Assembly (NCBI RefSeq): GCF_009914755.1
Contig: NC_060938.1
DNA: 64,000 bases
Strand: one strand, 5' to 3'
Source of the DNA: the human T2T-CHM13v2.0 reference genome, Homo sapiens
Under the pieces are notes generated by a model, which had not been told where the DNA came from, searched no databases, and was given only the letters and a program-made list of their open reading frames with translations. Positions 1-13,245 of the stretch are shown piece after piece. Made by a program: the position numbers and the translations under genes. Position 1 is the first letter of the stretch. The number at the start of each line of letters is the position of its first letter.

Positions 1-137
1 AGACTGGAAACTGAGGCTCAGAGTGGTGTAAATAAATTGTCTTAGGCAACACTGAATAAATAGCTGTATGAGGATTTAAACCTAGCTCTGTCTGAACCCC
101 AAGTCTATATTCTTTACACTAGATCAGGCTGACTCCC
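1..137 (-). mobile_element. MIR SINE fragment
   Basis: ggaaactgaggctcagag...ggatttaaacctag...tctgtctga is the reverse complement of the MIR core. Confidence 0.7.
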
Positions 138-199
138 ATAATATTTATATTTAAATTTGCATGTTATCTAAATAAAGATCTGAGAGTGACCAGTCCCTT

Positions 200-210
200 T
201 CTGAGCTGTT
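200..210. repeat. Target-site duplication copy (tctgagctgtt), partner at 2490-2500
   Basis: Identical 11-mer flanks the L1 fragment and SVA together. Confidence 0.85.
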
Positions 211-891
211 TTTTTTTTTTCCTTTTTCAAATTTTATTTTACTTTAAGTTTTAGGGTACATGTGCACAACGTGCAGGTTTGTTACATATGTATACATGTG
301 CCATGGTGATGTGCTGCACCCATTAACTCGTCATTTAGCATTAGGTATATCTCCTAATGCTATCCCTCCCCCCTACCCCCACCCCACAACAGTCCCCAGT
401 GTGTGATGTTCCCCTTCTTGTGTCCATGTGTTCTCATTGTTCCATTCCCACCTATGAGTGAGAACATATGGTGTTTAGTTTTTTGTCCTTGCGATAGTTT
501 GCTGAGAATGATGGTTTCCAGCTGCATCCATGTCCCTACAAAGGACATGAACTCATCCTTTTTTATGGCTGCATAGTATTCCATGGTGTATATGTGCCAC
601 ATTTTCTTAACCCAGTCTATCGTTGTTGGACATTTAGGTTGGTTCCATGTCTTAGCTATTGTGAATAATGCTGCAATAAACATACGTGTGCATGTGACTT
701 TATAGCAGCATGATTTATAATCCTTTGGGTATATACCCAGTAATGGGATGGCTGGGTCAAATGGTATTTCTAGTTCCAGATCCCTGAGGAATCGCCACAC
801 TGACTTCTACAATGGTTGAACTAGTTCACAGTCCCACCAACAGTGTAAAAGTGTTCCTATTTCTCCACATCCTCTCCAGCACCCGTTTCCT

Positions 892-894
<3 letters not shown>
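211..894 (-). mobile_element. L1PA (L1PA4-like) 3' end: ORF2 C-terminus, 3'UTR and poly(A); probably a 3' transduction carried by the adjacent SVA
   Basis: ORF 360..800 translates to L1 ORF2 C-terminal peptide ([33 protein letters not shown]); L1PA 3'UTR; poly-T at 209-220. Confidence 0.95.
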
Positions 895-922
<28 letters not shown>

Positions 923-2489
923 ATTGATCATTCTTGGATGTTTCTCGCAGAGGGGGATTTGGCAGGGTCATAGGACAATAGTGGAGGGAAGGTCAGCAGA
1001 TAAACAAGTGAACAAAGGTCTCTGGTTTTCCTAGGCAGAGGACCCTGCAGCCTTCCGCAGTGTTTGTGTCCCTGGGTACTTGAGATTAGGGAGTGGTGAT
1101 GACTCTTAAGGAGCATGCTGCCTTCAAGCATCTGTTTAACAAAGCACATCTTGCACCGCCCTTAATCCATTTAACCCTGAGTGGACACAGCACATGTTTC
1201 AGAGAGCACAGGGTTGTGGGTAAGGTCACAGATCAACAGGATCCCAAGGCAGAATAATTTTTTTTAGTACAGAACAAAATGAAAAGTCTCCCATGTCTAC
1301 CTCTTTCTACACAGACATGGCAACCATCCGATTTCTCAATCTTTTCCCCACCTTTCCCCACTTTCTATTCCACAAAACCGCCATTGTCATCATGGCCCGT
1401 TCTCAATGAGCTGTTGGGTACACCTCCCAGACGGGTTGGTGGCCGGGCAGAGGGGCTCCTCACTTCCCAGTAGGGGCGGCCGGGCAGAGGCGCCCCTAAC
1501 CTCCCGGACGGGGCGGCTGGTCTGGCGGGGGGGCTGACCCCCCCACCTCCCTCCCGGACGGGGTGGCTGCCAGGCGGAGACGCTCCTCACTTCCCAGACA
1601 GGGTGGCTGCTGGGCAGAGGGGCTCCTCACTTCTCAGATGGGGCGGCTGCCGGGCGGAGGGGCTCCTCACTTCTCAGATGGGGCGGCTGCCGGGCGGAGG
1701 GGCTCCTCACTTCTCAGATGGGGCGGCTGCCGGGCGGAGGGTCTCCTCACTTCTCAGACGGGGCGGCCGGGCAGAGACGCTCCTCACCTCCCAGACGGGG
1801 TCGCGGCCGGGTAGAGGCGCTCCTCACATCCCAGACGGGGCGGCGGGGCAGAGGCGCTCCCCACATTTCAGACGATGGGCGGCCGGGCAGAGACACTCCT
1901 CACTTCCTAGATGGGATGGCGGCCGGGAAGAGGCGCTCCTCACTTTCCAGACTGGGCAGCCAGGCAGAGGGGCTCCTCACGTCCCAGACGATGGGCGGCC
2001 AGGCAGAGATGCTCCTCACTTCCCAGACTGGGTGGCGGCCGGGCAGAGGCTGCAATCTCAGCACTTTGGGAGGCCAAGGCAGGCAGCTGGGAGGTGTAGG
2101 TTGTAGCGAGCCGAGATCACGCCACTGCACTCCAGCCTGGGCACCATTGAGCACTGAGTGAACCAGACTCCGTCTGCAATCCCGGCACCTCGGGAGGCCG
2201 AGGCTGGTGGATCACTCGCGGTTAGGAGCTGGAGACCAGCCCGGCCAACACAGCGAAACCCCGTCTCCACCAAAAAAAATACGAAAACCAGTCAGGCGTG
2301 GCACTCGGCAGTCTGAGGCAGGAGAATAAGGCAGGGAGGTTGCAGTGAGCCGAGATGGCAGCAGTACAGTCCAGCTTCTGCTCGGCATCAGAGGGAGACC
2401 GTGGAAAGAGAGGGAGAGGGAGACCGTGGGGAGACGGAGAGGGAGAGGGAGACCGTGGGAAGATGGAGAGGGAGAGGGAGAGGGAGAGC
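895..2489 (-). mobile_element. SVA retrotransposon (SVA_D-like), near full length
   Basis: Poly-T 895-922 with AATAAA (tttatt 920-925); SINE-R ~923-1420; GC-rich VNTR ~1430-2045 (gggcggctgccgggcggaggggctcctcacttctcagat units); Alu-like domain ~2046-2400; CCCTCT hexamer region ~2400-2489. Confidence 0.97.
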
Positions 2490-3487
2490 TCTGAGCTGTT
2501 GAAGTAGACAGAGCTGGTTGTATGCAATGCATCTGCTTTTATGTCCTGAGAGTGAAGAGTGAGCGATCTATAACACTAATTGTCCCTTCGTGCACTAAAG
2601 CAGATTCAACTTCCATAAATCAAAGAACAGTTTCTCTGCCTCTTCAAACCATCCACAGGAAAGTATTTGATGCATGTCTTTTGTGAGCATTCCTTATTTC
2701 TAGTTATTAAAGAGAAAGGCAGAAAGATTGGCCATTTGAGGTGTCTCTCTAACAAAGGACGCTACTAACCTTAAGATGTAATAAAGCATTGTATTACTTT
2801 TATGGCTTTAGTTTATTGGAGTTTGGCTTGGCTGAATTTTCGCTAATATACTTTGCAAACAATCTGTATTTTAAGTAAGTACTTTTTAAATTTCACTGCG
2901 CCTGTTTTATGGAGGCAATTGGAAGAGGAAAAGGAGGACTGTGTATATATGAATCATGTCATTAGAGAGAGATTGCTCTCTGACACAGGGAAATTGTACG
3001 TACCACAATGAATGGACCTCCCTTGAGGGCTACAGACATGTTTTACCAAAGATGCTCTTGGGGAAATTCACGGGGCCAAATGCACTTTTTCTGAGAAAGA
3101 AAATACTCTTTAGGGGATCCAAGCTAGGTATAAATATTGACCATTCTCCTAGAGCTGCAGATAACAACCCTCCACATACAGCTCAACTCCAAGGTATGAC
3201 AAGCACGTGTGGTTGAACATTCATGGTCCTTATGACTCTAGTTTGATAGATTATTTCAGCTGCAACCTTTCCAATTCTCTTTTGGAACATGTTTATTGAT
3301 TTTAAAAGAATGGATGTTGCCTAATGAGATTATTGTTCAACTGTGGTCATTCTGTTCCTTAAAAAATAAAAGCATAATTTTAAATCATGCCTTGATACTT
3401 TAAATGAAAGAATGCACTAAGAAAGCTTGTCTGCTCTTCCCCTTGTCTGACACATACTTGGACTGTATGGATGTTTTACTTTTCCTT

Positions 3488-3700
3488 TAATTTATTCATT
3501 TAACAAATATTTGGTGCCTATTCTGTGTTAGCCCCTTAATATACCTTGCCGAATCAAATAGATTGAGATCCTTTGCTTGTGAATACGGCATTCTCATTGG
3601 GAATAAACTTTAAACAAACAATCATTACAATACAAGTGACATTAAAATTTTAATCAGTGCAGTGACAAACAGGAGACCAGGAGAAGGTGTAATGGGAGAG
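3488..3700 (-). mobile_element. L2 3'-end fragment
   Basis: ttattcatttaacaaatattt...tgcctattctgtg is typical of the L2 3' end (reverse). Confidence 0.5.
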
Positions 3701-3716
3701 AGATAATTTATATTAA

Positions 3717-4201
3717 CTAATTTCTAGTTTAGGAAAAAAAAAATCGCAGCTCGCTGCCAGAGCTGATTTAATTTTACATACACACGCTCTTTGAGCTGAA
3801 GCGAATCTGACTGAATTTCAGTGTGAAAATAAAATATAAAAACTGTTTGTGGAGTTATTCCTAAACAGAATTAACATCAGAATCATCTACTTTGGAAAAA
3901 TCGGTTCATCAAATAAATCTTTGGCCAACAATTGTTCAAGAAATATGTTCATGTCAAGGGCAAGATTGCCATATTTTCTAGGATTCAAAATTTTCACTGA
4001 TCGGGAATTACTATATTTTGTAAATGGAAATACCACTACTAAAACAGAAAGCTGTAAATAGAATGATACCTTTTGTTTCCAAAGTCGATATACTAGACTG
4101 ATGCGAAAATAATAGTAAAAGCAAGACAGTTCCTGACAAAGTTACCTCGGGGTAAACGTGGCAGCCACAAGCGCCTCCGGTGAGTATTCTCAGGGAAGGG
4201 G
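3717..4201 (-). mobile_element. MER75 non-autonomous piggyBac DNA transposon
   Basis: Reverse complement matches remembered MER75 (GAGAATACTCACCGG..GCGCTTG..GCTGC..CGTTTACCCCGAG; GTATATCGACTTTGGAAACAAAAG); TTAA at both flanks (3713-3716, 4202-4205). Confidence 0.85.
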
Positions 4202-4399
4202 TTAAAAAAGACCTCCTTGAGGAATGTGATATTTGGAGTAAGACCTGATGCAGGAAGTTACCCAGGTCAACAGTAACAGTGACAATTTCCTGGGCTATGT
4301 GACACAAAGCTCAGGAGAATCACATTTTTAGAGAAATGAGGCTACATGTTTTGCAGTATCCTTGTATGCTTGAGGGAAATGTATGCAAGATGGAAAAAA

Positions 4400-4535
4400 A
4401 TTTATTGAAGATACTACAATGTGTCTGACACTTCCCATTCACTATTTCCTTTATTCCTTACCACAACCCACTAATGTTGGTGTGAGCACCCCCATTTTAA
4501 ATACAAGAAAGCTGAGGTTCAGATTACCTAAGATA
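4400..4535 (-). mobile_element. MIR fragment
   Basis: tttattga...ccacaaccc...cccatttta...gaaagctgaggttcaga. Confidence 0.55.
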
Positions 4536-6211
4536 ATATCTTCAAAAGCCTGTTACTGGGATACCAACAAGTTATTTCCCTCATCAGCGTTGTCCAAAAT
4601 ATATTCTTCTAAGACTTGGGTCCATGAGATATCAGATCTCATGTTATACATAGACAGAAACACACACAAGTCAGTCAGTCATACACTTGGATACACATAA
4701 ACACCTGGGTTTTCTTTATTAAATACCCTGGGCAACGTGGAGTTGAGCAATGCTAACCCAGTGTGCAGTGCAAACTGATATTTACTGAGAATCTCCAAGA
4801 AGAATGCTGAGATTTTAGAGGGTCGATAAGTAATACTCCACTTTCTATCAAAACTAATAAAAATATAGACATAAGAGACAGAGAGAAGGGAATGGAAATA
4901 TCAACTTTGCTACCTAAAGAGCTGAATTGGAGAACCTGGCTTTAGATTTGTGGCCTCCCTGGGCATGCTGATACTATGCCTTAGAATTAGGCAGACTTAT
5001 TCAGCCAGTCCCTGGCAAGGTTGGGCAACCAGTGAACCTGGTCTATGTAGAGAGAGATACCTGAGTGGATCCTTCCTACACATATGCAGATATGGAATTA
5101 GGAGAGAAAAAAATGGTTAAATTGAGCATAATCAGCTCTAACCAGAAAAGTAATTCTTTTCCGGGAGACTGAGGCAGCAGAGAGGAACTAGGAGTATTTT
5201 TTTCTGATAGAAATTCCTCTACAGGCCATCATGAAAGTAAAGAGAAAGGAGTTTCTCTATTTGCAAGAAGTAGCTTGTGTGTTGTTTCAGATTCTAGATG
5301 ATGCTATTCTCATTTGAAGACTACTTTGCAGTCCTAGCTGGAGAATCAAGCAGTCTGGGCCCAGCGACTGTATTGACATCTCTGATAGGCACTTTGGTTG
5401 TCTCCTGTGGTCCTTTCCCCATGGTTTTCCATACTTCTAGTCTGATCTTTTTGAAAGTGGTGATGAAAACCTTGGCAGAAGTAAGAAGAAAGGATCATTT
5501 TGTAGCACAGGTTACTAAATTATTGCACATCCATTTTCTCTAGGAAATTGAATTAATTATTGAGTAAACATGGCTTCCTATTGATTCTATGTTGATTACT
5601 TTCTAATATGAAAAATGGAGCCAAGCCATAATGTTATTTGAGCATGGCAGATTGGGGGCTGGACTGCAGAACAAATCAAATAAAGGATATCGACATTTCT
5701 GTAGAAGGAGGGTGTCTGTCTCCACGTGAAAGAGGCTATCTTTCTACAATCTCAAAAATAAACAAATTCGCCCAGGAAGGAAAAGTCATATTAGAAAAAG
5801 GTTTGGATTACATAGAGGACTTCATTAGTCATCGATCTTCCCTGTGATAATGCAGTACCCTTAAACATTATTAAAGTCTATTTACCATAAATGACTACTT
5901 GGAAGCAGCACCAAATCCTCTATAGAACCTCTGATTTTCAAATTAAAGGAAGGAGCTAGTAATAAGACATTTTTACCATTATGCAGATTAAATATGCTCC
6001 TTCAGAAATTCATTCTGTGCAGCATCTTTCTACCAGGAATCTGTGCCCCTGTGTGTAAGGAAGCTTTATGGCATCAAAATGAGAATAAGAGGAAAACTTG
6101 CTTCATCAAACTTAACAGTAATTCAAAATGAGTGGCTTCAATGCAATACACATTTTAGAGCTTGTTTTGGTGGACTTTGCCTAGAACATGGCATTCATCT
6201 CTTGAAAGACA

Positions 6212-6652
6212 AACACCCATCAATAATGGACTGAATAAAGAAAATATGGCACATATATACCATGGAATACTATGCAGCCATAAAAAAGGATGAGTTCATG
6301 TCCTTTGTGGGGACATGGATGAAGCTGAAAACCATCCTTCTCAGCAAACTAACACAAGAACAGAAACCAAACACCGCATGTTCTCACTCATAAGTGGGAG
6401 TTGAACAATGAGAACACATGGACACTGAGAGAAGAACACCACACACTGGGGCCTGTGTGGGGTGGGGGGCTAGGGGAGGGATAGCATTAGGAGAAATACC
6501 TAATGTAGGTGATGGGTTGATGGGTGCAGCAAACCACCATGGCACGTGTATACTTACGTAACAAACCTGCACGTTCTGCACATGTATCACAAAACTTAAA
6601 GTACAATAATAATAATAATAATAGCAATAATAAAGGTATAAAGACCAAAAAA
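6212..6652 (+). mobile_element. 5'-truncated L1PA7/8-like 3' end
   Basis: catggaatactatgcagccataaaaaagg...; 3'UTR gggttgatgggtgcagcaaaccaccatggc; (AAT)n tail; TSD gaaagaca at 6204-6211 and 6653-6660. Confidence 0.9.
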
Positions 6653-7371
6653 GAAAGACAGCATCCTGTTAACTTATGAAGACTAAACCTAAAAACAGAA
6701 GCAAAAGAACATCATAAGGCTCTTATAGAAACAGATGCTGAGTATTTAGTTATACATCAGAAATGTATGAATTAATTTTTAGTTAAGAGATTGGCAACTT
6801 CATTTTCTTCTTTATTAAAGTGTCAGGAAAAGTCTGAAATGTTCATGCTGGAATGTTCAATAGACTTACTTCACAAGGATTATTGCTGAAACTTCATGGT
6901 TCATGTAAAATGAAGGGGGGCTTTAAGAATTTAAGTAATACTTCTCCAGCTAAAATATGCCTTATACCAAAGGCTAGATATACATAAGTAAATTTTTCTA
7001 TTCATTTTTCACAAGCATAGAATTTTCAGGTTGAATATGGAAGAATTGCTGTAAAACTTGAAAGGTGGTTTAGAGTGAATGACTAGTGAACCCTAAACTG
7101 TGTAATATTTAAAAGGTATTGCTTATTTAGAACCAGAACCAAGCAAGTCTCCTTCTCTAAGAATTTTACTATTTTACTATTTCTTTAAGTGTAGTAGTAA
7201 CACATCAATATATGCGTAAAATAATTTTATTGACACTACATAGACATGAGATATAACACATCTTACACCAAACATAATAATGAAATTAGATTTTAATGAT
7301 TCTTAATAATTTAACATGTATAGATTCATATTGATACTATCCTCCTTTAATATGCTTTAATTCACTCATTT

Positions 7372-7419
7372 TTGAACCTTTTATTTATTGTTAGATTGAA
7401 CCTTTTATTTATTGTTAGA
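7372..7419. repeat. Perfect 24-bp tandem duplication
   Basis: ttgaaccttttatttattgttaga x2. Confidence 0.95.
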
Positions 7420-8823
7420 TTTGCTTTTTTTTTTTTTGTAGTCAGTGGAACATGCTTCTATGGCTTTAATATCTTTAATATAGACCGGAGTTCCAAGATC
7501 TACTTTTCTTGAGAGATTCAGAGCTCATTAATTCTTCTGTTGCATGTAACTCTTAAATGCATTGGTTAGAGTGATCTTTTGGCAATTCAAAAGCCAATAT
7601 AGTCTTTCTTCTTATTTTTAGTCCTCCTTCCATTTTTCTAAAGAAGTGGGATGGATCTGAATTTTCTAGAATATTCATGTCTAAGAGCATAATTCCCTCT
7701 TGCTTTTTTTGAGGCTTATTCTTTTGGACCTGTGAGGAATGGTTCCTGCTGACAACTCCATGCAAAGGAAGATTGGTAGCAAGTCACTGATAGACAGTTT
7801 TTCACATGGCCTGGCTCCTTTCAATCTGCCAGGTGTACCAGGATCATTCCTATGAACTTGTCAACAGATACATTCACGTATTGATTTACGATGTCACCAA
7901 TACCTAAAACAACATTCCTTAAAACATTTGAAGTAAGTGAAGGTTATGTATTGCTGATTTGTTTTTAAATATGGATTTGTGTATGTCTGGAGAAAAAATT
8001 AAAACATAATTATTCAGACATAGAATACTTAGAGTTCACAAATGAAAATGGTTGCTATTATAAGAGTAAAACATATCCTTTAATAATTAAGGAGATTTAA
8101 CCTTGACCAAGTTCACTCATAGACTAATTTATGAGTGATCTGAAATGTACCTGTGTTAAGTCAAATGAATGGTTTGATATGGTTTTAAAATTAGTAGTAT
8201 AATTAATATATGGTAAAGTCTACAGGTGTGTTCTTTCATGGTGACTGGTAAAGCGTTGACTAGGGTAAAGTAACCCTTAGTCACCTAACTGAGTCCACAT
8301 GCTTCAAGGTTAAAGAAGAAGAACTACAGCATTGACTTCTTATTCTTGAAACTAGTCAAGGCACTGAAATTTTGGCTTCATAAAAGCCAGTGTCTTTACC
8401 ATTAGTTAATAAAATGAAAGATAAAATTATAAAGATTGACCACTCTTAACTCTTACAATATACTTCTTTGTACAGTCCCAGAGTAGCTGGAAAACAACTG
8501 AGTCTATGGCATAAATAGCTCCTATCAGCCAGGACAATACAGGGCCAGGCTTAGTGTCCCAGCAGACATGGGCTTCTGAATTGTTTTAAATCGTTTAGAA
8601 GATTACTTAATTTCATAGTGACAGAGAATGAATCTGGATGACAATGGAAACATTACCTAGATTCTTTAGGCCTCTAATCTCTCATCTGTGATTTTGAAAT
8701 AATAAATATAGGCTTCTATTGGCTTCATCTTTTTAACAAAATTTTGAGTGTAAAATTTTAAAACATTGAACTGAATGTGTGTAGTGAGAATTAAAAGTGC
8801 CATAAAAAGCATGCTATTAATTA

Positions 8824-9185
8824 TGATATGGTTGGGCTTTATGTCCCCGCCCAATCTCATCTTGACTTTTAATCCCCAGGTGTTGAGGGAGAGACCTGGT
8901 TTGAGGTGATAGGATCATGGGGGCAGTTTCCCTCATGCTGTTCTTGTGATAGTGAGTGAGTTATCATGAGATCTAATGGTTTTAAAATGGCAGTTTCCCC
9001 TGGGTTTTTACACTCTTTCTCACCTACTGCCATGTAAGACGTAGCTGCTTCCCCTTCCTCCATGAATGTAAGTTTCCTGAGACCTCCCCAGTCATACAGA
9101 CCTGTAAGTCAATTAAATCTCTTTTCTTTATAAATTATCCAGTCTCTGGCAGTTATTTATAGCAATGTGAGAACGGACTAATACA
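8824..9185 (+). mobile_element. MaLR solo LTR (THE1D/MSTA-like)
   Basis: Starts tgatatggtt..tgtcccc..ccaatctcatcttga, ends gaacggactaataca; 5-bp TSD aatta (8819-8823, 9186-9190). Confidence 0.9.
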
Positions 9186-10869
9186 AATTATCATATTAGT
9201 ATTAGCAGATTACAAATAATCTTGCAAGACACTGTTGGTAGATGTCAGCTTTGAATTCCAGGGAAGAGAACAGACCTTGATATTTTAATATGTTCATGAT
9301 AATCACTACTTATGCTTGAATTTGTTGTTAATTCAATAGGATGCATGGCAGAAAAAAAATATCCTTTTATTTATGACCACATTATTCATAAGCATCAACA
9401 GATCTGTAAAGCAATGGTGGCATTGGTAGAGTAGTATAAATAAGGAATATGTGTCTTTTTGTTTCTGGAAAGGCGGGCTAACTTCCAAGTTTCACTGTCT
9501 CAATAAATCATTATGTCCTCGAAAAAAAAAAAAAGTAGAAACCCAGACTATTTAGAACTCAAAGCTAGTTAGTGAAGGTGACCATTTTAAAGCTATTATT
9601 TTATTCTTCTCCTTTACTTGGGTAGGTGAGGGAAGTATTTCAGTTGCAGCGCTGGCATTTAGCTGTAGTTACAATGAATTGCGGCCATGATTGCAATTGT
9701 TTTGTGATGCCTGTGGTGTCATTACCAAGATGCGATTACCAATTGCTATATGAAATTAGTTATGCATGAAATGAATAGGAAGCATAAATACTAGGAGGGA
9801 GAGTCTGAGCACAGACTTCATCCTCATTGTCTTCCAGATCCACTAATGCTTATGCATAATGTGGTCATAAAACTTTAATTTATTTCAGAGTCCTAGGACT
9901 AGAAGGGATCTTTAAAGGTCATTTAGGACAGCCCTCTGTTTCCAGGCCCTTGAGCAAACCTAAAAGGAAAATGAATGAACCCTTTCCCCAAGACCAGATT
10001 AAAAATCTTCTAATAATTATAAGTTAAAATGAGTTAAGTTGTAATAGTAAGAGGAATTTCTACCAAGTAATGCTTCACTGCATTCACTGGTCAATGAGTA
10101 TAATATTTTTATATATACTATACATTAAATTAATGTACAGATATATTTAACTGGCTTTCAAATATTTTAATGTTAGTACATGATTTTGCTGTAAAGCTTT
10201 CAAAAATTAACTGTCATTATATGTGATGCTTCCTTTTAAGGAATGACATGTTCTAAAAATTTTGTTAATTAAAGTTTCTCAATGGAGTCATAGTTTAAAT
10301 GTTTAAAAGGAACATATTACACACACATACATACACACACACAATACTGTAATGCAGTAAATTGATCTGAAAAGTGAAGGCAGTTCAATACACTTTTAAA
10401 AATTAAATTTCTAGGTATAGAATTTTTTGAGAAGTAGGATGTACCTGAAGATTTTTCTACGATAAAATCATATTACTTTTATTTCATTCAGAAGTTAAAA
10501 AAAGATTTTTTAGATACATTTTGATAACTCCTAAGTTAATAGTATCTGCAATTAATTGTCTCTAAAAGTATATCTTCATTATTAACCTATTTCTCCTTTC
10601 TGGATACTAATTATGGAATCCAATTTTCTTTGTCAAGGTTAATAGCTTGGTGTGAAAAAAGTAATCATGTTCATTTTTCACTTCCTGTGTCACAAAGGTT
10701 AACAGGAAAGGGAGTAGGAACTTTGTGAAGCCCAGCTGTAAGACGGTGTCCACTAAAGTCTAGAGCCTTTGAAGTTAAATGACGTTGCTTTTCTCTGCTA
10801 CGGAGACTGTTTTAGCATAATTGAGCAAACATTGGGTTACTGTGACTCGACGGCCTGTTTTTCTGTTTC

Positions 10870-11045
10870 AGAAATGCCAGTGAACTTTGGTAGGTTACTT
10901 ATTCTCCCTTGATCTCAGTTTTCTCTCTGTAAAATGAGGACATAACTCTCTTTTTGTGGTTGTTGTGGTAAGGATTAAATAAAAATCACTTTTTCTTTTA
11001 GCAAATTGCTGGACACACAATAGATACTGCAAATGTTAGTTCACT
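10870..11045 (+). mobile_element. MIR
   Basis: gttactt...ctcagttttctctctgtaaaatgagg...gtaaggattaaat. Confidence 0.65.
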
Positions 11046-12029
11046 GCCCCACTGCCTCCTTTAACATGAAGGGGTGCAGAAGATTCTGATAGGCAAAAAC
11101 TTTATGATTATTTGAGCTCTTTAATTGGGGGTGGAGAAAAATGGTCAAATAAAAAGGTGTGGGAACATAAAAGTGGCTCAATGCTCCACATTAGAAAACT
11201 ATTGTATTGACAGGAGTGTTTGAAAAAAGAAAAATGTTCTGCAAGGTAGAACTATAAAAATACTATTCAAAGTAGAACTATTTTTCATGGCACCTATTTC
11301 TGCTTCCATAAATATTAGCACAATATTAGTAACCAAAAATCTTAATATAATTATATATTGACCACTGAATCCTAAAATATGCCCACTATTTACTCACCCT
11401 CTATAATACATGATTCTTTTCTTCTGCCATCTTTTTCTACAGTGGTAAAATTTCTATTCAAAATCTATGACTTCTGGGTTGTGAAACCTGTAACCTTAGT
11501 ATTCAAACTTACTTTATTTTCCTCACAAGCAATTCTGAGGTCCTCAGGCAAGTCTTTCAGCCACACAAAAATGTAGCATCATCTAATTTTGTATTAATTC
11601 GGGAACATCATAGCATCGACCTTTAACTCGAGGAGTTTAACAATGCTATTTACACCATTGAATTGTCCAATAATTGAGATTGCTTTCTATTGCACCCTCT
11701 TAACCTGGTTTGCTATCCTGGGAATATAAAGATGGTAATAAAACAAATACTTTGCGGTGTCTATGGAAGTAATCTTCATGGAAACCAGAAGAAAGCTGGC
11801 TTAGAACGAGGCAAAGTTAATAAAAGCATAGTGAGAGAATGAACAAATGGAGGCGGTATGGAATAGAAAAATAATATTGGGTGCTAACAAGGAGAAAATT
11901 GATCCTGTTCCATTCAGATGATGGGTCAAGAACACACTTGTTACCTGTTCCTTAAATCGAACTTTCTCCTCTGATGATAAGACATGATGAGTAGGATGGG
12001 AAAAAATTAGATGGTTGAAATTAGGGAAG

Positions 12030-13245
<1,216 letters not shown>

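Noticed and set aside
928-2532. Cluster of overlapping GC-rich ORFs / apparent CpG-island gene
   Set aside because: All lie within the SVA VNTR, Alu-like and SINE-R domains.
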